Origin: a virus
IMG/VR virus record: IMGVR_UViG_3300046463_000164
DNA: 64,000 bases
Strand: one strand, 5' to 3'
The notes under the pieces were generated by a model, which saw only the letters and a list, made by a program, of their open reading frames with translations, searched no databases and was not told the origin of the DNA. Both the position numbers and the translations under genes were made by a program. This document shows, piece after piece, positions 63,999 to 64,000 of the stretch; within the stretch, counting starts at the first letter, position 1; every line of letters begins with the position of its first letter.

Positions 63999-64000
63999 TG

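Overview
This is a 64-kb segment of a lytic T4-superfamily myophage. Gene content and the CTAAATA-type late promoters resemble Ackermannviridae/ViI-like phages; the host cannot be determined from the sequence. From left to right it carries: (1) 1-22.2 kb (+): three paralogous tail-fibre genes, a fibre chaperone, a VrlC/DUF4815-type virion protein and the gp13-gp23 neck/packaging/tail/head module. (2) 22.3-40.3 kb (-): an accessory island with GIY-YIG homing endonucleases, an NAD+ salvage pair (Nampt + NMN adenylyltransferase/Nudix), about 20 tRNAs plus several atypical or oversized tRNA-like RNAs, a secreted non-specific nuclease, a macrodomain protein, an RNA-repair trio (kinase, Rnl1, phosphoesterase) and uvsY. 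(3) 40.8-64 kb (mostly +): uvsW, gp26, nrdB/nrdA, glutaredoxin, RuvC-like nuclease, gp33, gp32, a 5-hmdU DNA kinase-like gene, DexA, ClpP-like protease, dCMP deaminase, PhoH and a split gp5 around gp25. The most unusual signals are non-coding. One is a ~320-nt RNA closed by a 16-bp stem and carrying about 12 tandem ~7-nt repeats, lying directly behind a coiled-coil protein gene (candidate new ribonucleoprotein system). Another is a ~390-nt structured RNA with its own promoter and terminator between uvsY and uvsW. Also notable are a tRNA-Ser with AGA anticodon, two putative capsid-targeted internal proteins and two candidate programmed -1 frameshifts. All family assignments are from motif recognition by eye, not from database searches.
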